Of a DNA stretch of 64,000 bases, positions 1-12,934 are shown piece after piece. The position numbers and the translations under genes were made by a program. Positions within the stretch are counted from its first letter, which is position 1; every line of letters begins with the position of its first letter. This stretch comes from Callorhinchus milii (Eukaryota). Location: NCBI RefSeq assembly GCF_018977255.1, contig NW_024704743.1, positions 37,140,001 to 37,204,000 of the forward strand, in the 5' to 3' direction. A model generated the notes under the pieces. It searched no databases, was not told the origin of the DNA, and saw only the letters and a program-made list of their open reading frames with translations.

Positions 1-146
1 GTTAGCACGCTCGCCTCGCAAGCGAGAGGACCTGGGTTTGATTCCCTGGCATGGCAAAATGTTAGGCAGGTTTCCTTACTCCACAGGCCAGTTTACCTAG
101 CAATATAACACATGGTGCAGCTATATCAAACACAAGGATTATTATT
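1..146 (+). mobile_element. Internally deleted SINE family A
   Basis: tRNA head and start of the central block joined directly to ctatatcaaacacaaggattattatt; no Deu-like core. Confidence 0.75.
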
Positions 147-949
147 ACACGTTTCGTAAACCAGAATAGAGAATTAGAGGGTACCAGTAGGAGGGCTTAA
201 ACCCACAACATTTTGAATAAGAGATGTGAAAGAGCTCAGCTTTATAAAAGCAAGTTGTTATTGTTACTATTGACTGTAGAACTATTGTGCTTTTCCGCTG
301 AACATTGTCAGAGAACTCCCACCCCACCCACTCTCCCGCACTGCTTCCCTCACCAGCCAGGCTTTGGAAATCTTCTGCTTTCAATGCCCTGAATACAGTT
401 CATGGAAAGTGTACAAAAAATAAAATTATATTTGTATAGCGCCTTTCACGTCTGGAGGATGCCCCAATGCCCTGGGACGGATTGGGAGCAACAGAGTGTG
501 GAGTGAGAGCTGTGAAATATGATGGCAGCAGCTGCACCCATTTATTTAATTGAGACAAACACGCTGACTTAGGAGGGATGGGGAGAGTTTTTCAGCAACA
601 GCCTTTGTAATGGCTCTCTTTGTTAAATAGCTGGATCGAAGAAGCCAGCATTTCAGAGGCTTCTTGTCGCTGATGAAGGTATTTTGTTCCCTTGTGGCTG
701 ATCACACTTGATTTGGTTACCCTGGAGACTGAGCCACAAAGAAAGCTTTACAGTAAGCCGTGCTTTACAACAGCGATTGCAGGGGCGCTTCGCTGAGCGG
801 TGAGATTCATGTGTATTTTTTAACATGATTTTGCCCTCATGAATTTGGTCTCTATCCTCTTGCGCTGAAGGCAATGAATCCAGCTGGTGTACTGTGACAT
901 GGTTGCTGACTACACTGTAGTACCTCACCATGAGAATCAAGAATACCAA

Positions 950-1430
950 TCCTTACATTTGATATGTTGCCTTTCACATCAGGAGGACGTCTCAAAGCGC
1001 TTCACAAAATACACTTTAAAATCCTCCCGACGTGAAAGGCGCTATACAAATTGTATTTTGTAATTTTGTAAAGTGTAGTGACTGAGTATTTTGTGGGCAA
1101 ACCCGGCAGCCGATTTGAGCACAGCAATGTCCCGCAAACAACCATGGAGTGAGTGAGCAATTTTATTTTGGGGATTGTTGGCCAGGCGCTATGTTTTAAA
1201 TAGTGCCATGGCACCTTTATAACCCATCTGAACAGGGAGGCAGGTTTATTATCTGATCTGAAGGACAGCACTCACTCCCACAATGCAGCCCACCTCCACC
1301 CCACCCCACGTCGGTACCGAATTGAAGTTTCATCTTAGACTGTATGAGTTCAAAGTCCCCTCACAGGGCTAGAACCCACGACTTTCTGACTCAGAAGCGA
1401 GAGTGCCTCCAACGAGCCAGCCTGACACAA
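950..1430 (-). mobile_element. SINE family B (longer tRNA head, Deu-like core)
   Basis: Minus strand: tgtcaggctggctcgttggaggcactctcgcttctgagtcagaaagtcgtgggttctagcc head; atggcactattt..cctggccaaca linker; core; tail. Confidence 0.8.
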
Positions 1431-3499
1431 AGAAGTCAGTGTAAGCCATTGGGTTGAGCTGTTCCAACACAAGACCAAAAACACATGACTACCTCCACTG
1501 CCAAAGGCAAGCCCATACTCTCTTTATAACATTCTCCAAGCTGTGGGGGTGGGGAAGGCTGGGTGGGGGTGGGGGAGTCCACTGCTTCAACTGCTGCTGG
1601 GGGTTATACAATTTAGTGAAGAGAAGTCCATGGAACCCACCCTTTTGATGAAGGGAGTCTGTGGAAATCTTCTCAATTAGTGAGAGGGGCTTTGGAAACC
1701 TCTTCTAAAGCACCTTGTGACGTCCTCCCCACGTAAAAAGCACTACACAAATGTAATTTTGTATTGTATTAGTGGGGGAGTGGAAACCTCTTGCATTAGT
1801 GAGGAGGGGCTGTGGAAACCTCCTCTATTGGTGGTGGGGTGGCTGAATTAACCTCCTGTGCATTCTGCCTACAGTGGAGCCAGGCAGTGACAAACCGACA
1901 TTATAATCGCAATTTAAGAGAAATGCAAATGTCTTTCTTTTGTATGGCCTCGGCCGGGTGACACAGGCTGCAGTGCCTTACTCTGGCAACTTAAGATGCT
2001 TAATTATAAGATCTGCAGAAAAAAATGAATCCTTAATTTGTTTTAGCTGTAGTTCTATTGTGTACGGTCTCAGTGCTTGATTTTGTTGCCAGCAGCTATT
2101 GTACAGAGGCAATTAGTATCTTGTCTGATCAGCTTCATATCTGAAACTGGTATGTCTTTGTAGGTGACTCTAGCCTTAACCCTTACACTGTAGTTATGAG
2201 TTCATATAAGTTTAATTATATAACGCACATTCTAGGCTGACACCAATGCAATGCCACAGGAGCGCTGCATTATCATAATTGCCTCCCTTCTATTCCCGGG
2301 CGAAACCTTAGGCAAGTTTCTTTACTTCACAAGCCCCTGTGTACCTAGTAGGTTGTTAGTTGATTGATGGATCACATTCCGGGAATAATAATCCATTCCC
2401 TGCCTGCCCCTCCCAAAAAAATCTGGTTATTCAAACCACGACTGTTTGTGGAACACTGCTGAATGCAATTGACTTCCGCATTTCGCCCACAAAATATACA
2501 GCCAATTTACTTTACAATATATTCTGTGCAACGCTTTGAGGCGTCTCAATGATGTGATAAGCTGCTATATCAAAATGCAAAGATTATTATTATTCCTTTA
2601 GGAAATTTCTCTTGGTGGCCTGGAAAACATGTCCCCCTAGTGTAAAGCTCCACATCAGGACTTGGAATCACATCATCTTAGCTGACGCTCCAATGTAGTG
2701 TTGGGGATTGTGCTGCATTGTTGGAGGTGCCATCGTCATTCATTTCATGGCTGTTTCTGCGCACAAATTGTCTAATTCTTTTGCCTACAAAATGCACAGT
2801 CACTACACTACTCAGTGAAGAGTTTTGAGACGTCCTCCTGATGTGAAAGACACAATGCCAAATTCAATAAATATTTATTTATGTTCTGTGCATGCGCACA
2901 GAGTGTGGTTCCCTCCCCCTATAGAAGTGCAGAGGCATAATGCTCAACATTCTTCCCAGTTTTGCTGACATGAAGTACTATTTTATCTTAAAATTTAAGA
3001 TAGCACAAAAAAGGGTAGTGGAAAACCACTTACAAGCCTGGTTTGTGCCAAAACAGCCTGAAGCCAACAAATGATGAAATTTCCTCCATGACCTTCTCCC
3101 AAGGCTTTTTTTTGTTTTGATCAGTGTGCCTTCCATCTTGAAATGTAAGTGCTCCTTAAATTCAGACACAAAATGACTGTGGAATAGAACTTTAGCCTTT
3201 ATTGAGGGGCAGATGTGAAGGAGGGAGAAGAGCCATTTTCACAAATTTTGTCCTCGCACATGCTGCTTATTCTCAACACACCAGCCAGCTCTTGCTGCCT
3301 GTTTACTGGTGATTCCCACTAGTTTGCACATTGTAAATTACTTCAGGAAGCATCTGGCTTGTCAAATTGTGCATTATCAATCTGAATCCCTGTGGAAAAC
3401 ACATTGTAGTGAAGTCTTGTTCAAGTGCTTTGAGAGATTCTTTTATGTGGAAAGCACAAGTTGTGTTTTTATTACTGTACTTCCTGCTTTCATCAAGCT

Positions 3500-3830
3500 G
3501 CTCACACTTTCTGAGTCAACAGAACATTTGAGCACAGAAACAGGCCACTCAGCCCATCAAGTCTGCTCTGATGCTTTGTCTCCACATGAGCCAATCTAAT
3601 CCCACTCATTTCCCGTGCCATTTAGTATTCCTCCTCTTCAAGCATCTACCTACCCTTTTAAAGAATCTGTAAACTCTCTTTCAACTATGCTTTATGGCAG
3701 AGAACTCCATATTCTAACCACCCTCAGTGATTTGTTTTCTAGCCTTCCCTTTAATTGTTTTTGTTACTGACTGACTGGTGGAAATAATCTATAGTATTAA
3801 CCACATCCTAATTTTGAAGACCTCTTACTC
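3500..3830 (-). mobile_element. Degenerate CR1 3' fragment
   Basis: aggccactcagcccatc 3' UTR and ggcagagaactccatattctaaccaccctc, similar to other CR1 ends in the window. Confidence 0.65.
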
Positions 3831-5259
3831 TGCTGCACTGTTGAAGATGTTTGTCCAAATTCAGGGGTGAATGGACGGGCTTTGCACATTCTTAATTGGG
3901 ACACCCTGAAGCTTAAGAACAAACTTCTCCTAGCAGACACCACTGGAAGAGTATAAGCGATTTAGAGACAAACAAATTATAAAATTAGACAGAATTACAC
4001 AGACTGTTTTACAGCATGGAAACAAACCATTCGTCCCAACTGATCTTTGCTGGTGTTTATACTCCACATGAGCTTTCACCCCTCCTAATCTCCTGTCTTA
4101 TACCCTTCTATTCCCTACTCCCTCATGTATTATGTGAAGCGCTCTGAGATGCCGTCCAGCGTGGAGGGCGCTATATAAATCCAAGTTGTTGTTGTTGTAT
4201 TATAAACTGAAGCTCAAGACTGCAGTGACAAGTGACAGCAGATTTTCTATTGCGCACTCATTGGCTCGGTGATATATCAAGATCCTTTCTAGCCACAGCA
4301 ACCCCACCCGTGATCTGTCAACTTTTGAGTGGCTAATTCACCATGAACAGTGTGTAAAATCACCAAAGATCTGTGGCCTCCTCCTGTTCTATATTTCTAT
4401 GATATAGAGAAAAGGCAGGGATATGTAATTATAATATCTATCATGATCTAATAAAATAAAATACAATTTATTTTATTTATTTACAATTTATTTTTGAAAT
4501 ACAGCTCCTTTGACGTTGAGAGATTGCCTCAAAACGCTTAACACTGCTGGCTGGGCGTGGAATCTGAGGGGGTGGGAAGGGAAAAATGACTGAAGCTGCA
4601 GTCAAAGAGCTGAGTCTTGAGACAGACCTTCAACAAGGTGAGGGAGGAAGTGAGTCGAACGGACTCCGGAATGGAGTACCAGAGAACGGGAGCAGAATGT
4701 CTGAATGTCCGCCCACTAATGGTGGGTCGGATAGGGTGGGGAATTTGAAGCAGGCCGGTCTTCGCTGACCGAAGGGAACAGCCAGGTCATTAAGATTAAA
4801 GGAGGTCGCAAACAGAAGAGGCTCAATGTTTTGAGATCGACTTCCTTGTACAATTCTTCATCAATACAATTTTACATTTATATAGTGCCTTCCACATTGG
4901 GAGGATGGCCCAAAGCTCATAAGAAAGAGTAAAGATGTGCACAATTATTTTTAATGTTTAGCCTTATTTAACCGATAGTTAGATTTTCTTCATCTTACAT
5001 TTGTGTAGATAAAGGAAAGCACCACGGTGTGGGACTGTGAGAATAGTTTGGTGGGTAGGGGGGAAGAGGGAGAGAATATGGCAAAGTTACAACCATTTTT
5101 TCTACCTGGTAGCATTTCAACACTGTATCTCTGGCTCATAGCTGAAAGGTGATAACATTTTGATTGCTGTTAATCTTTCTAAAGCACATTTTCATTATAC
5201 TTTTTTACATGAAAACATTAAACACAAAGCACTTGTGTCATGAAATAGCAGAGCACTTA

Positions 5260-5640
5260 TAATAATAATCCTTGCATTTGATATATCTCCTTTCACAATG
5301 AGAAGGATATCTCAAAGACCTTGTGAGGATTTTCTGTAAAGTGTAGTGACAATGTATTTTGTAAACGAATACAACAGCCAATTTGCACCCATTAATGTCT
5401 CACAAACAGCCAGGAAGCGAATGGGCAATTTAATTTGGGGCAATGTTGGCCAGGATACTGGGAGAAATTCCCTTTTTGAATGCTGCCATCGGATCCTTAC
5501 CATCAAAATAAACAGGCAGACCGGATCTCGATTTCACATCTTATCCAAAGGAGGGCACCTGTGAAAATGCAACGCTCCCCCTAGCGCTGCACTGGAGTGT
5601 CAGTTCACCTTCAAGGATTCAGAGTGCTGCCAACTGAGTC
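5260..5640 (-). mobile_element. SINE family B
   Basis: Same linker, core and tail architecture. Confidence 0.75.
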
Positions 5641-5644
5641 ACTT

Positions 5645-7570
5645 ATCATAGAATCATAGAATCGTACAGCACAAAAAGAGGCCATTCGGCCCATCAAGTT
5701 TGTGCCGGCTCTTTGAACAGAGCAATGTAATGTCAATCCCACTCCCCAGCCCTTTCCCCATAACCCTGTAGACCTGTCCTCCTCAAATACCCATCCACCG
5801 CGTTTTTAAAAGTTGTTATCGAAGTGGCCTCGACCATCTTTCAGGCAATGCGTTCCAGAACAACTCGCTGCGTGAAAAAATTTCTTCTCACCTCCCCTCT
5901 GCTTCTTTTAGAGACTATTTTGAATCTGTGACCTTGAGTCACTGACACACCCACCAGTGGAAACAGTTTTTCCCTTTCTAACCTATCAAATCCCCTCATG
6001 ATTTTGAAGACCTCTATTAGGTCTCCTCGTAACCTTCTCTGCTCCAATGAGAATAATCCCAGCCTCTCGAGCCTTTCCTCATAATCAAGGTCCCTCATTC
6101 CTGGTACCATCCTCGTAAATCTTCTCTACACCCTTTCCAATGCCTTAACTTCCTTCCTGTAGTGTGGTGCCCAGAACTGGGCGCAGTATTCTAACTGAGG
6201 CGTAACCAGTGTTTTATATAGGTTAATCATAACCTCCTGACTCTTGTACTCTATGCCCCTATTTATAAAGCCTAGAATCCCATATGCCCTTTTTACAGCT
6301 TTATCTATCTGTCCTGTCACCTTCAAGGATTCATTTACCTGAACGCCCAGGTCTCTCTGTTCCTTCACCCCCCACCCCCCCACTTAAGATTGTATTACCA
6401 GCCTATATTGCCTCCCCTCATTCTTTCTTCCAAAAGGCATTACCTCGCATTTCTCCACATTTTACCATTCTGTCTATGTCTTCCTGCAGTTGGCTACTAT
6501 CCTTCTCACTGTTTACTACCCTACCTTACTTTGTGTCGACAACAAACTTGGAAATGGTACTTGCTATACCCAAGTCCAGATCATTTATATATATTAAGAA
6601 GAGCAGTGGTCCTAATACCGATCCTTGGGGGACACCACAGTACACTTCCCTCCAGTCAGAAAGCAACCGTTCACTACAACTCTCTGCTTTCTGTCTCCCA
6701 GCGAGTTCTGGATCCATACTGCCACTGTCCCTTTTATACCATGGGCTTCTATTTTTCTTACAAGTCTTTTATGTGGCACTTTGTCAAATGCTTTTGAAAT
6801 TCCATATAAACTACATCAACTGCACTATCTTCATCCTCCCTCTCCGTTACCTCATCGAAAAATTCTATTAGATTTGTTAGACAAGATTTGCCTTTAACAA
6901 ATCCGTGCTGGCTGCCCCTAATTAAACCATATTTTTCTAAATGAAGATTTATTCTGTCCCGGATTATAGTCTCCAGGAGTTTCCCCACTACTGATGTTAG
7001 GCTGACTGGCCTGTAGTTCCCAGGTTGTCCTTCTGTCCCTTTTTGTACAGGGGAGTAACATTAGCCACTCTCCAGTCCTCTGGCACCATCCCTGTGTCCA
7101 ACGAAGCTTGAAAAATTGTAGCCAAAGCCTCCGCTATTTGTACCCGTGCCTCCCATAGTAACCTTGGCTGCATCCTGCGACTTATCTACCTTGAGCCCGG
7201 TCAACCTTTTCAGTACTTCCTCTCTGTTTATACTTATCCTATCCATTTCCTCTACCCTCTCCTCTGATACTGCGGCCTTTAGTGCATCCACTTCTTTTGT
7301 GAAGACAGATGCAAAGTACTCATTCAGTACATCAGCCATACCCTCTGCCTCCACAATAAGATTTCCGCCTTGGTCCTTAATTAGCCCCACCCTAACTTTG
7401 ACTAACCTTTTTTTCTTGATATGTTTGTAAAATATTTTAGGATTCCCTTTAATGTAACCCGCTAACCTTTTTTCTTATAATCTTTTTGCCCCTCTTATTT
7501 CCTTTTTCAGTTCTCTTCTGTACTTCCTATATTCTATTTGGTTGTCTTCTGTATGTTGGGCTTGACATTT
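5645..7570 (-). mobile_element. CR1 LINE, 5'-truncated, frameshifted ORF2 (RT)
   Basis: ORF pieces [74 protein letters not shown]; (ATTCTATG)n 3' end at 5647. Confidence 0.95.
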
Positions 7571-9237
7571 GTCACACGCCTCCATTTTCTGGTTCATTCT
7601 AGACATTTAACTTGGGAAGTTATTGAACATATTGTTTCACTTGTATTGGGAAACTTTACGACACACATCCACATGTGTTGCTTAAGAGTTAGACTGGTCT
7701 CCCTTACCATGTTCATTTAAATATATTGGAGCCGATACGATTTCAAATTTGCAAGTCATTCTTTGTGCATCTCTTGAGAGGTACCATATTTGTAGTGGGG
7801 GTCAGAATCACAGCAAGTAAGATATATCCCTTTGCCTCCATCAAGTGAGCAGAAGGATAGCTGATTATAGATATATTTTACTGAGTGATATTTAGGCAAC
7901 AATGAATACAAGGACATGAACATCAAATGAACACTGACTTACAGAAGCTTTCATAGCATACTGGGAATTATTTTAGCACTGGATTTCACTTGTGTGAAAA
8001 CAATTACTGATGGGATAAATCCCCACCCATCAATATTTACGCGTTTGATTCAATTATTTTCCTCTGCGGTTCTCACTACATGAAACTGAGTTTTTACAAT
8101 GCTTTAATAAACAACCAATATTGATCTGACCTCTATATGCACAATCCATTGTTATGTTTAAAGTTACACGGCAACTGAAGCACTATTTTGTGACTCTGGA
8201 TTTAACTTGAATGAACTCAATGGCATTATATTATACTATAATAAAGTTATAGCCCTTGCTGTAATGACTAATCAGAGTAATGCATTGAAAATCACCTTTA
8301 AATATACTAAAATCATTAGCAATGCAGAGCATGTCTTAAAACGGCAACCAAGGAGAGATGTGAAATCAAGCAGAGAGGAATTACAGATTACTATAGGAAT
8401 ACTTATTGGAAACCCATGGTTTAGGAGAACAAAAATAAACATCAAGTGAGGCTTACCGCACAAACAACATCTACAACAATAACAAGTTACATTTATATAG
8501 CGCCCCTTTCGGACAGTGTGTCGGAACTCCCATCAAGTCTGTTCCTAGAATAACCCCTCACCCACTTTATTTTCCACACACTATTTACTTGCAAACCTCT
8601 CTCGCACTGACCACTGAGTCCCTTCTGAATAGGAGGCCAAAAAAATGAAAAGTTAAAATGTTGCACGCTCAAGAATTCTGTGAGATGATTGCAGAAGTGT
8701 GAAATACTTAATGATAAGTGACAGGTTCCTGATAGATGGTTTTCGGTTGTATGATTTTAAAAAAATTCAAAACCTGTAAGGAATAAGATGTTAACACTGC
8801 AATGTTTCTTCATTGCCATTTTGGGCAAGGGCAAATGTCTTGGTGGAGAAAAGAAACTAAGATCTACTTAGATTATACTTGTGATGGTTTCACTTCATGG
8901 CTGTTTGTAGAAACATTGCTGGGTTCACTTTGGCACGTGTTCTCCTACAAAAGTACACAGTCACTACACTTCACCATGAAGCATTTTGAGACATACTCCT
9001 GACACGAAAAACACTATACAAAATGTAAGGATTATTATCGTTAGTAATAATTTCTTCTTATTATTAATCATTTGAAAAAATCTTACCACAAAGGGAGGAA
9101 GAACAGGGGGTTACAAAGAGACTGGGAATCTTTGTGATAGAACTTGTTTATGGAAGTGGGGCACAAGAGAGCAAATTGAGACAAAGTATTTGTGCTAAGC
9201 ATTTGGAAAGGAATAACATGCAAAGGGATTAGGAAAG

Positions 9238-9580
9238 AATAACAACAACAACGTGGATTTATATAGCGCCTTCCACGCCGGATAGCGTCTCAGAGCACTT
9301 CACAGTAACAGATCCCGAGACCGAGCCAGGGGGAGGGGGAGGAAGGTGACCAAAGGCGTGGTCGAAAAGAAAGGTCTTCAGCAGAGACCTGAAAATAGGA
9401 AGGGAGGGAGCGAGGCGAAGGGAGTGAGGAAGGGAGTTCCAGAGCCTCGGGGCATAGTGGCTGAAGGCACGGCCGCCGAGGGTGGAGTGGAGGACTCGGG
9501 GGACGAGGAGGAGGCCAGACCCGGTGGAACAAAGGCAACGAGTACCGTTTTGAAGAGAGAGGAGGTCAGAGAGGAGGGGG
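9238..9580 (-). mobile_element. L2 LINE 3' fragment
   Basis: (TTG)n tail, stem-loop tail, and ORF2 C-terminal GGRAFS..APRLWNSLP...FK..LKTFLF-like sequence. Confidence 0.85.
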
Positions 9581-11277
9581 GTGCAGAGGAATGCAGGTAA
9601 AAAAAAAATTTCAAATCATACAACCACAAACCATCTATCAGGAACCTTTCACTTATCATGAATAAGAATACAACAATACAATACAAATTTACATTTATGT
9701 GTGTACTCGGATCCCATGTCAGGAAGTATTCCCAACGTACAGTCCTGGCTTGGAACTCGAGGTGGGGTAAGAACTGGGGGGGGTGGGGGAGAAGCTGAGT
9801 GGAGGGGAAGAAATGACCGAGGCATAGTCAAAGAGGTAGGTCTTGAATGACCTCTTTCTGTGTTGTAATTTCTATGAATCCAAAGTGATATACAAGATCC
9901 TCCTACCTCATCCCTTAAAATTGTTAATACAATAACCAACAGGAATATTCATGAATTTTGACCTTTTGAATGAATTATTCTTTTGCTGTATAAGCAAATG
10001 CAGTGAGAGCTTATTGCCAAAAGTTCAACTTTTTAAAAGGAATTGAACCTATCACGACAGTAAACCTTAATAATTGAAAAATCATTTTGATGTGTGACGA
10101 GGAAAAAGAGGATCCCATTATCAGTAAAGTGAATCTCTACTCTGTGCTACCATTTCAATATTTTCATATCTTCACACTGCAGGTCAATTTTATGGGCTCA
10201 TACATTCACCCATATTAAGCACCTCTGTTCTACATTCTTGAGTCTCTGCCGACTTCGGAAGCAGAGCCCTGAAGTGAGAAGAGTAATAAGTTATTCAAGA
10301 CTTCCTGCAGCTTACTGCTATTATGAAATCTTGAATATCACCACAGCAGGTTAAACTGAGCACATTCCCCTCCATGCCATTGACTCATGCTGAGGTATAG
10401 ATCACAGCTGCCTATGGTACATTAAGCAAGGTATACTATAGTTGGGCGTTCTAACAATGAGTGCAGCAAGCTATTTAACCTGGTGGGTGGTGGTGGTGGG
10501 GGGGGTTACAGTGGAGCCCAATCCTGTTCTAACAGAACAAAAATGTATGCACGATCCAGCAGGTATCACTAAAAATCAATCCTTTGCTTATTCCAGGCTC
10601 CAGGGTCATTTGTAACTTACTGCGTACTCAGGACTGAACTAAAGTAATGACATTCTAGGATTGGAAAAATGTGGTTAACTGAATACATGGGATTTAGTGT
10701 CTAAGCTACGAGCAGAGATTGCAGAAGCTAGGAATGTTTACGTTGGATAAGAGACGTTTTGAGACGTGATCTTATTCAAGTCTCTGAATTTTCAAGCTAA
10801 ACTCTAAACCCCTATTCAATACGGTCAGGGAGGGGGAAAGGGGCCTTTTATGGTCTCAAACCCAGAGGGGAAAGAATAAATAGATATTTTAGATTTAATA
10901 ACAGTATTTGCCCATTCTGTAGTGTAGAGGAAACTTAACATGTGGTACTTTTAATGTGTCAGGAAGATGGTTGAGGCAAAGTGTATGGTTTGAGGAAATT
11001 AGATACCAGGGTATTGGAGGTTATGTAGGGGTTAATCTGTATACACCTTTATAACAAGGTTGGCCTCTGAGTAAGGATTTGTTGGTGTGAACACATACTG
11101 AAGGGGCTGTTCTAGGTTGGTTGGTAACAGGAGGTTATTGCTGAATGGTGGTGGTTTCTTGAACAGGTTTCACTGTGATGGAACCAACCAGTTGAATGGT
11201 TTGTTCTAGATGTGCACATTCCTATAACAGCAGCACCGAACAGAGTAGGATCTTCGTTTTCTTTGTTCATATAGCAC

Positions 11278-11622
11278 AATAATAATACTACTTCTTGCGT
11301 TTGATATACCATCTTATCACATCATCGAGACACCTCAAAGCACTTCACATGATTTACTGTAATGTAAAGTAACATTACATCCTTCAGTAATATCCTACAA
11401 GCAATACTGAAATGAAAGACCAATTTTATCTGGGGGGGTGGGGGGTTGTTGGCCAGGACACCAAGAGAAACTCCCTTTTCTTTTCAAATAGTGCCATGTA
11501 ATTTTTAACATCCAGTTGAACAGACAGATCACCTAATCCTGGTCACCTGAGCCTGTGAGTCCAAAACCTGGATGTGGGGCTTGAATCTACAACCTTCTAA
11601 CTCAGAGGCTAGAGTGCTACCA
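11278..11622 (-). mobile_element. SINE family B, degenerate
   Basis: gttggccaggacaccaagagaaactcc..aatagtgccatg linker; head ctcagaggctagagtgctacc. Confidence 0.72.
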
Positions 11623-11840
11623 GCAGCAACAACAACAACAACAACAACAAATTGCACTTATAAAGCAACTTTGCTTCACATCAGCAGGATGTCCCAACTC
11701 TGGGTGGTGCATTTATCAAGAGTGCAGTCTATAATATAAACTAGAAAAACACTTTTCCAAGGTGTGAGATACTGCAGCTTTAAGAATTACAAGCCTAAGA
11801 GAGGAAGGGAAGAATAATTCAAACTATGGCTTTTAGCTAC

Positions 11841-11846
11841 TTTATT
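11841..11846 (-). terminator. Putative polyadenylation signal (AATAAA) of TMEM158
   Basis: Plus-strand tttatt at 11841, ~1.1 kb downstream of the stop. It ends a repeat-poor AU-rich stretch and is followed on the minus strand by a pyrimidine-rich tract. Confidence 0.5.
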
Positions 11847-12934
11847 AAAAAGCTGCTGAATATCAATACATTTAAACGTGTAATTTATACAAACTTCAAA
11901 GACTTTCCTCCATTTACAAATGTCAAGAATGAATATACAAAACGTTTTACTCAAGAGCCTGGGAGGGGATTATTAACATTTTCCTATTGTTTGTTCAAAG
12001 GAAGTTCAAACGAGGGATTGGGGGGAAAATTTCATCTGTATCTTAAAACTCGAAGATGATTTTTCCATCAGTAATGTAAACACGACAAAACACTTGAACG
12101 TATTAATATATTAATCCATCGTTATATACTGATCGTGCATGGAATGATTTCTTTACACACACATACACACACATCGAAAAAAAAATGAACACAACCCCGC
12201 TATTGTGTGCCTGATTTATGGTGGAAATGCGCAGTTTCAGGAAGGGGAAAAAAAAATAAAAAGTGCTAAAAATAAAACCCCGCACATCTGCACTGCAAAT
12301 CCTCTGAGAGAGTGCAAACTCTTCACCAAACCAAAACTAGACGCCAGAGTCCATCCAACTCGCCATCCTTCGGAATGAAGAAAGAGCATTTAAATGCGCA
12401 TTTTACCTGTATTCTCCCGAAAAATGAATGGAACTGTAGGAAACACGTACTTCAAAGTGGATGCATTTCTGAACGGGTTTAATTATTGGTACAGCAACCG
12501 CCCCCCACACCCCCCCACACCCCCACCCCCAGGTCAAACCCAACACATCCCAAACAAGTCCAAGCAACACCTTGGGTAGTCTCGATGGTGTGTGTGTCCC
12601 CCCCCCCCCCCCCAGAGAGGGGATGAAGAGCCCATCTCTCCCCGTGTTTACAGCGCAGTGACCTGCAGTGCCTCTCAGACACTCACTCACTCACGGGTTT
12701 CTTGGCGTTGGTCCAAAATCGAGGAGTCTATAGTTTATAGGGACAGTAACGTTTGGTCCCAATGTAAAAAAAAAATCGAGATGACATGGATCTGATTTCG
12801 AAGGGCTGCATTACCTGGAGTCCAAAGCTTTTGACAGACAGACAGATAGACAAGACAGACAAGAGACTAGACAGACAGACCCCCACCCACCCCCCCCCTA
12901 CCCTCTCACCCCTCCACCCCACCCTCAGGGACCC

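Noticed and set aside
5645..7570. Active or domesticated reverse transcriptase gene
   Set aside because: Split across frames, 5'-truncated, and the catalytic motif reads FVVDTK rather than FADDTK.
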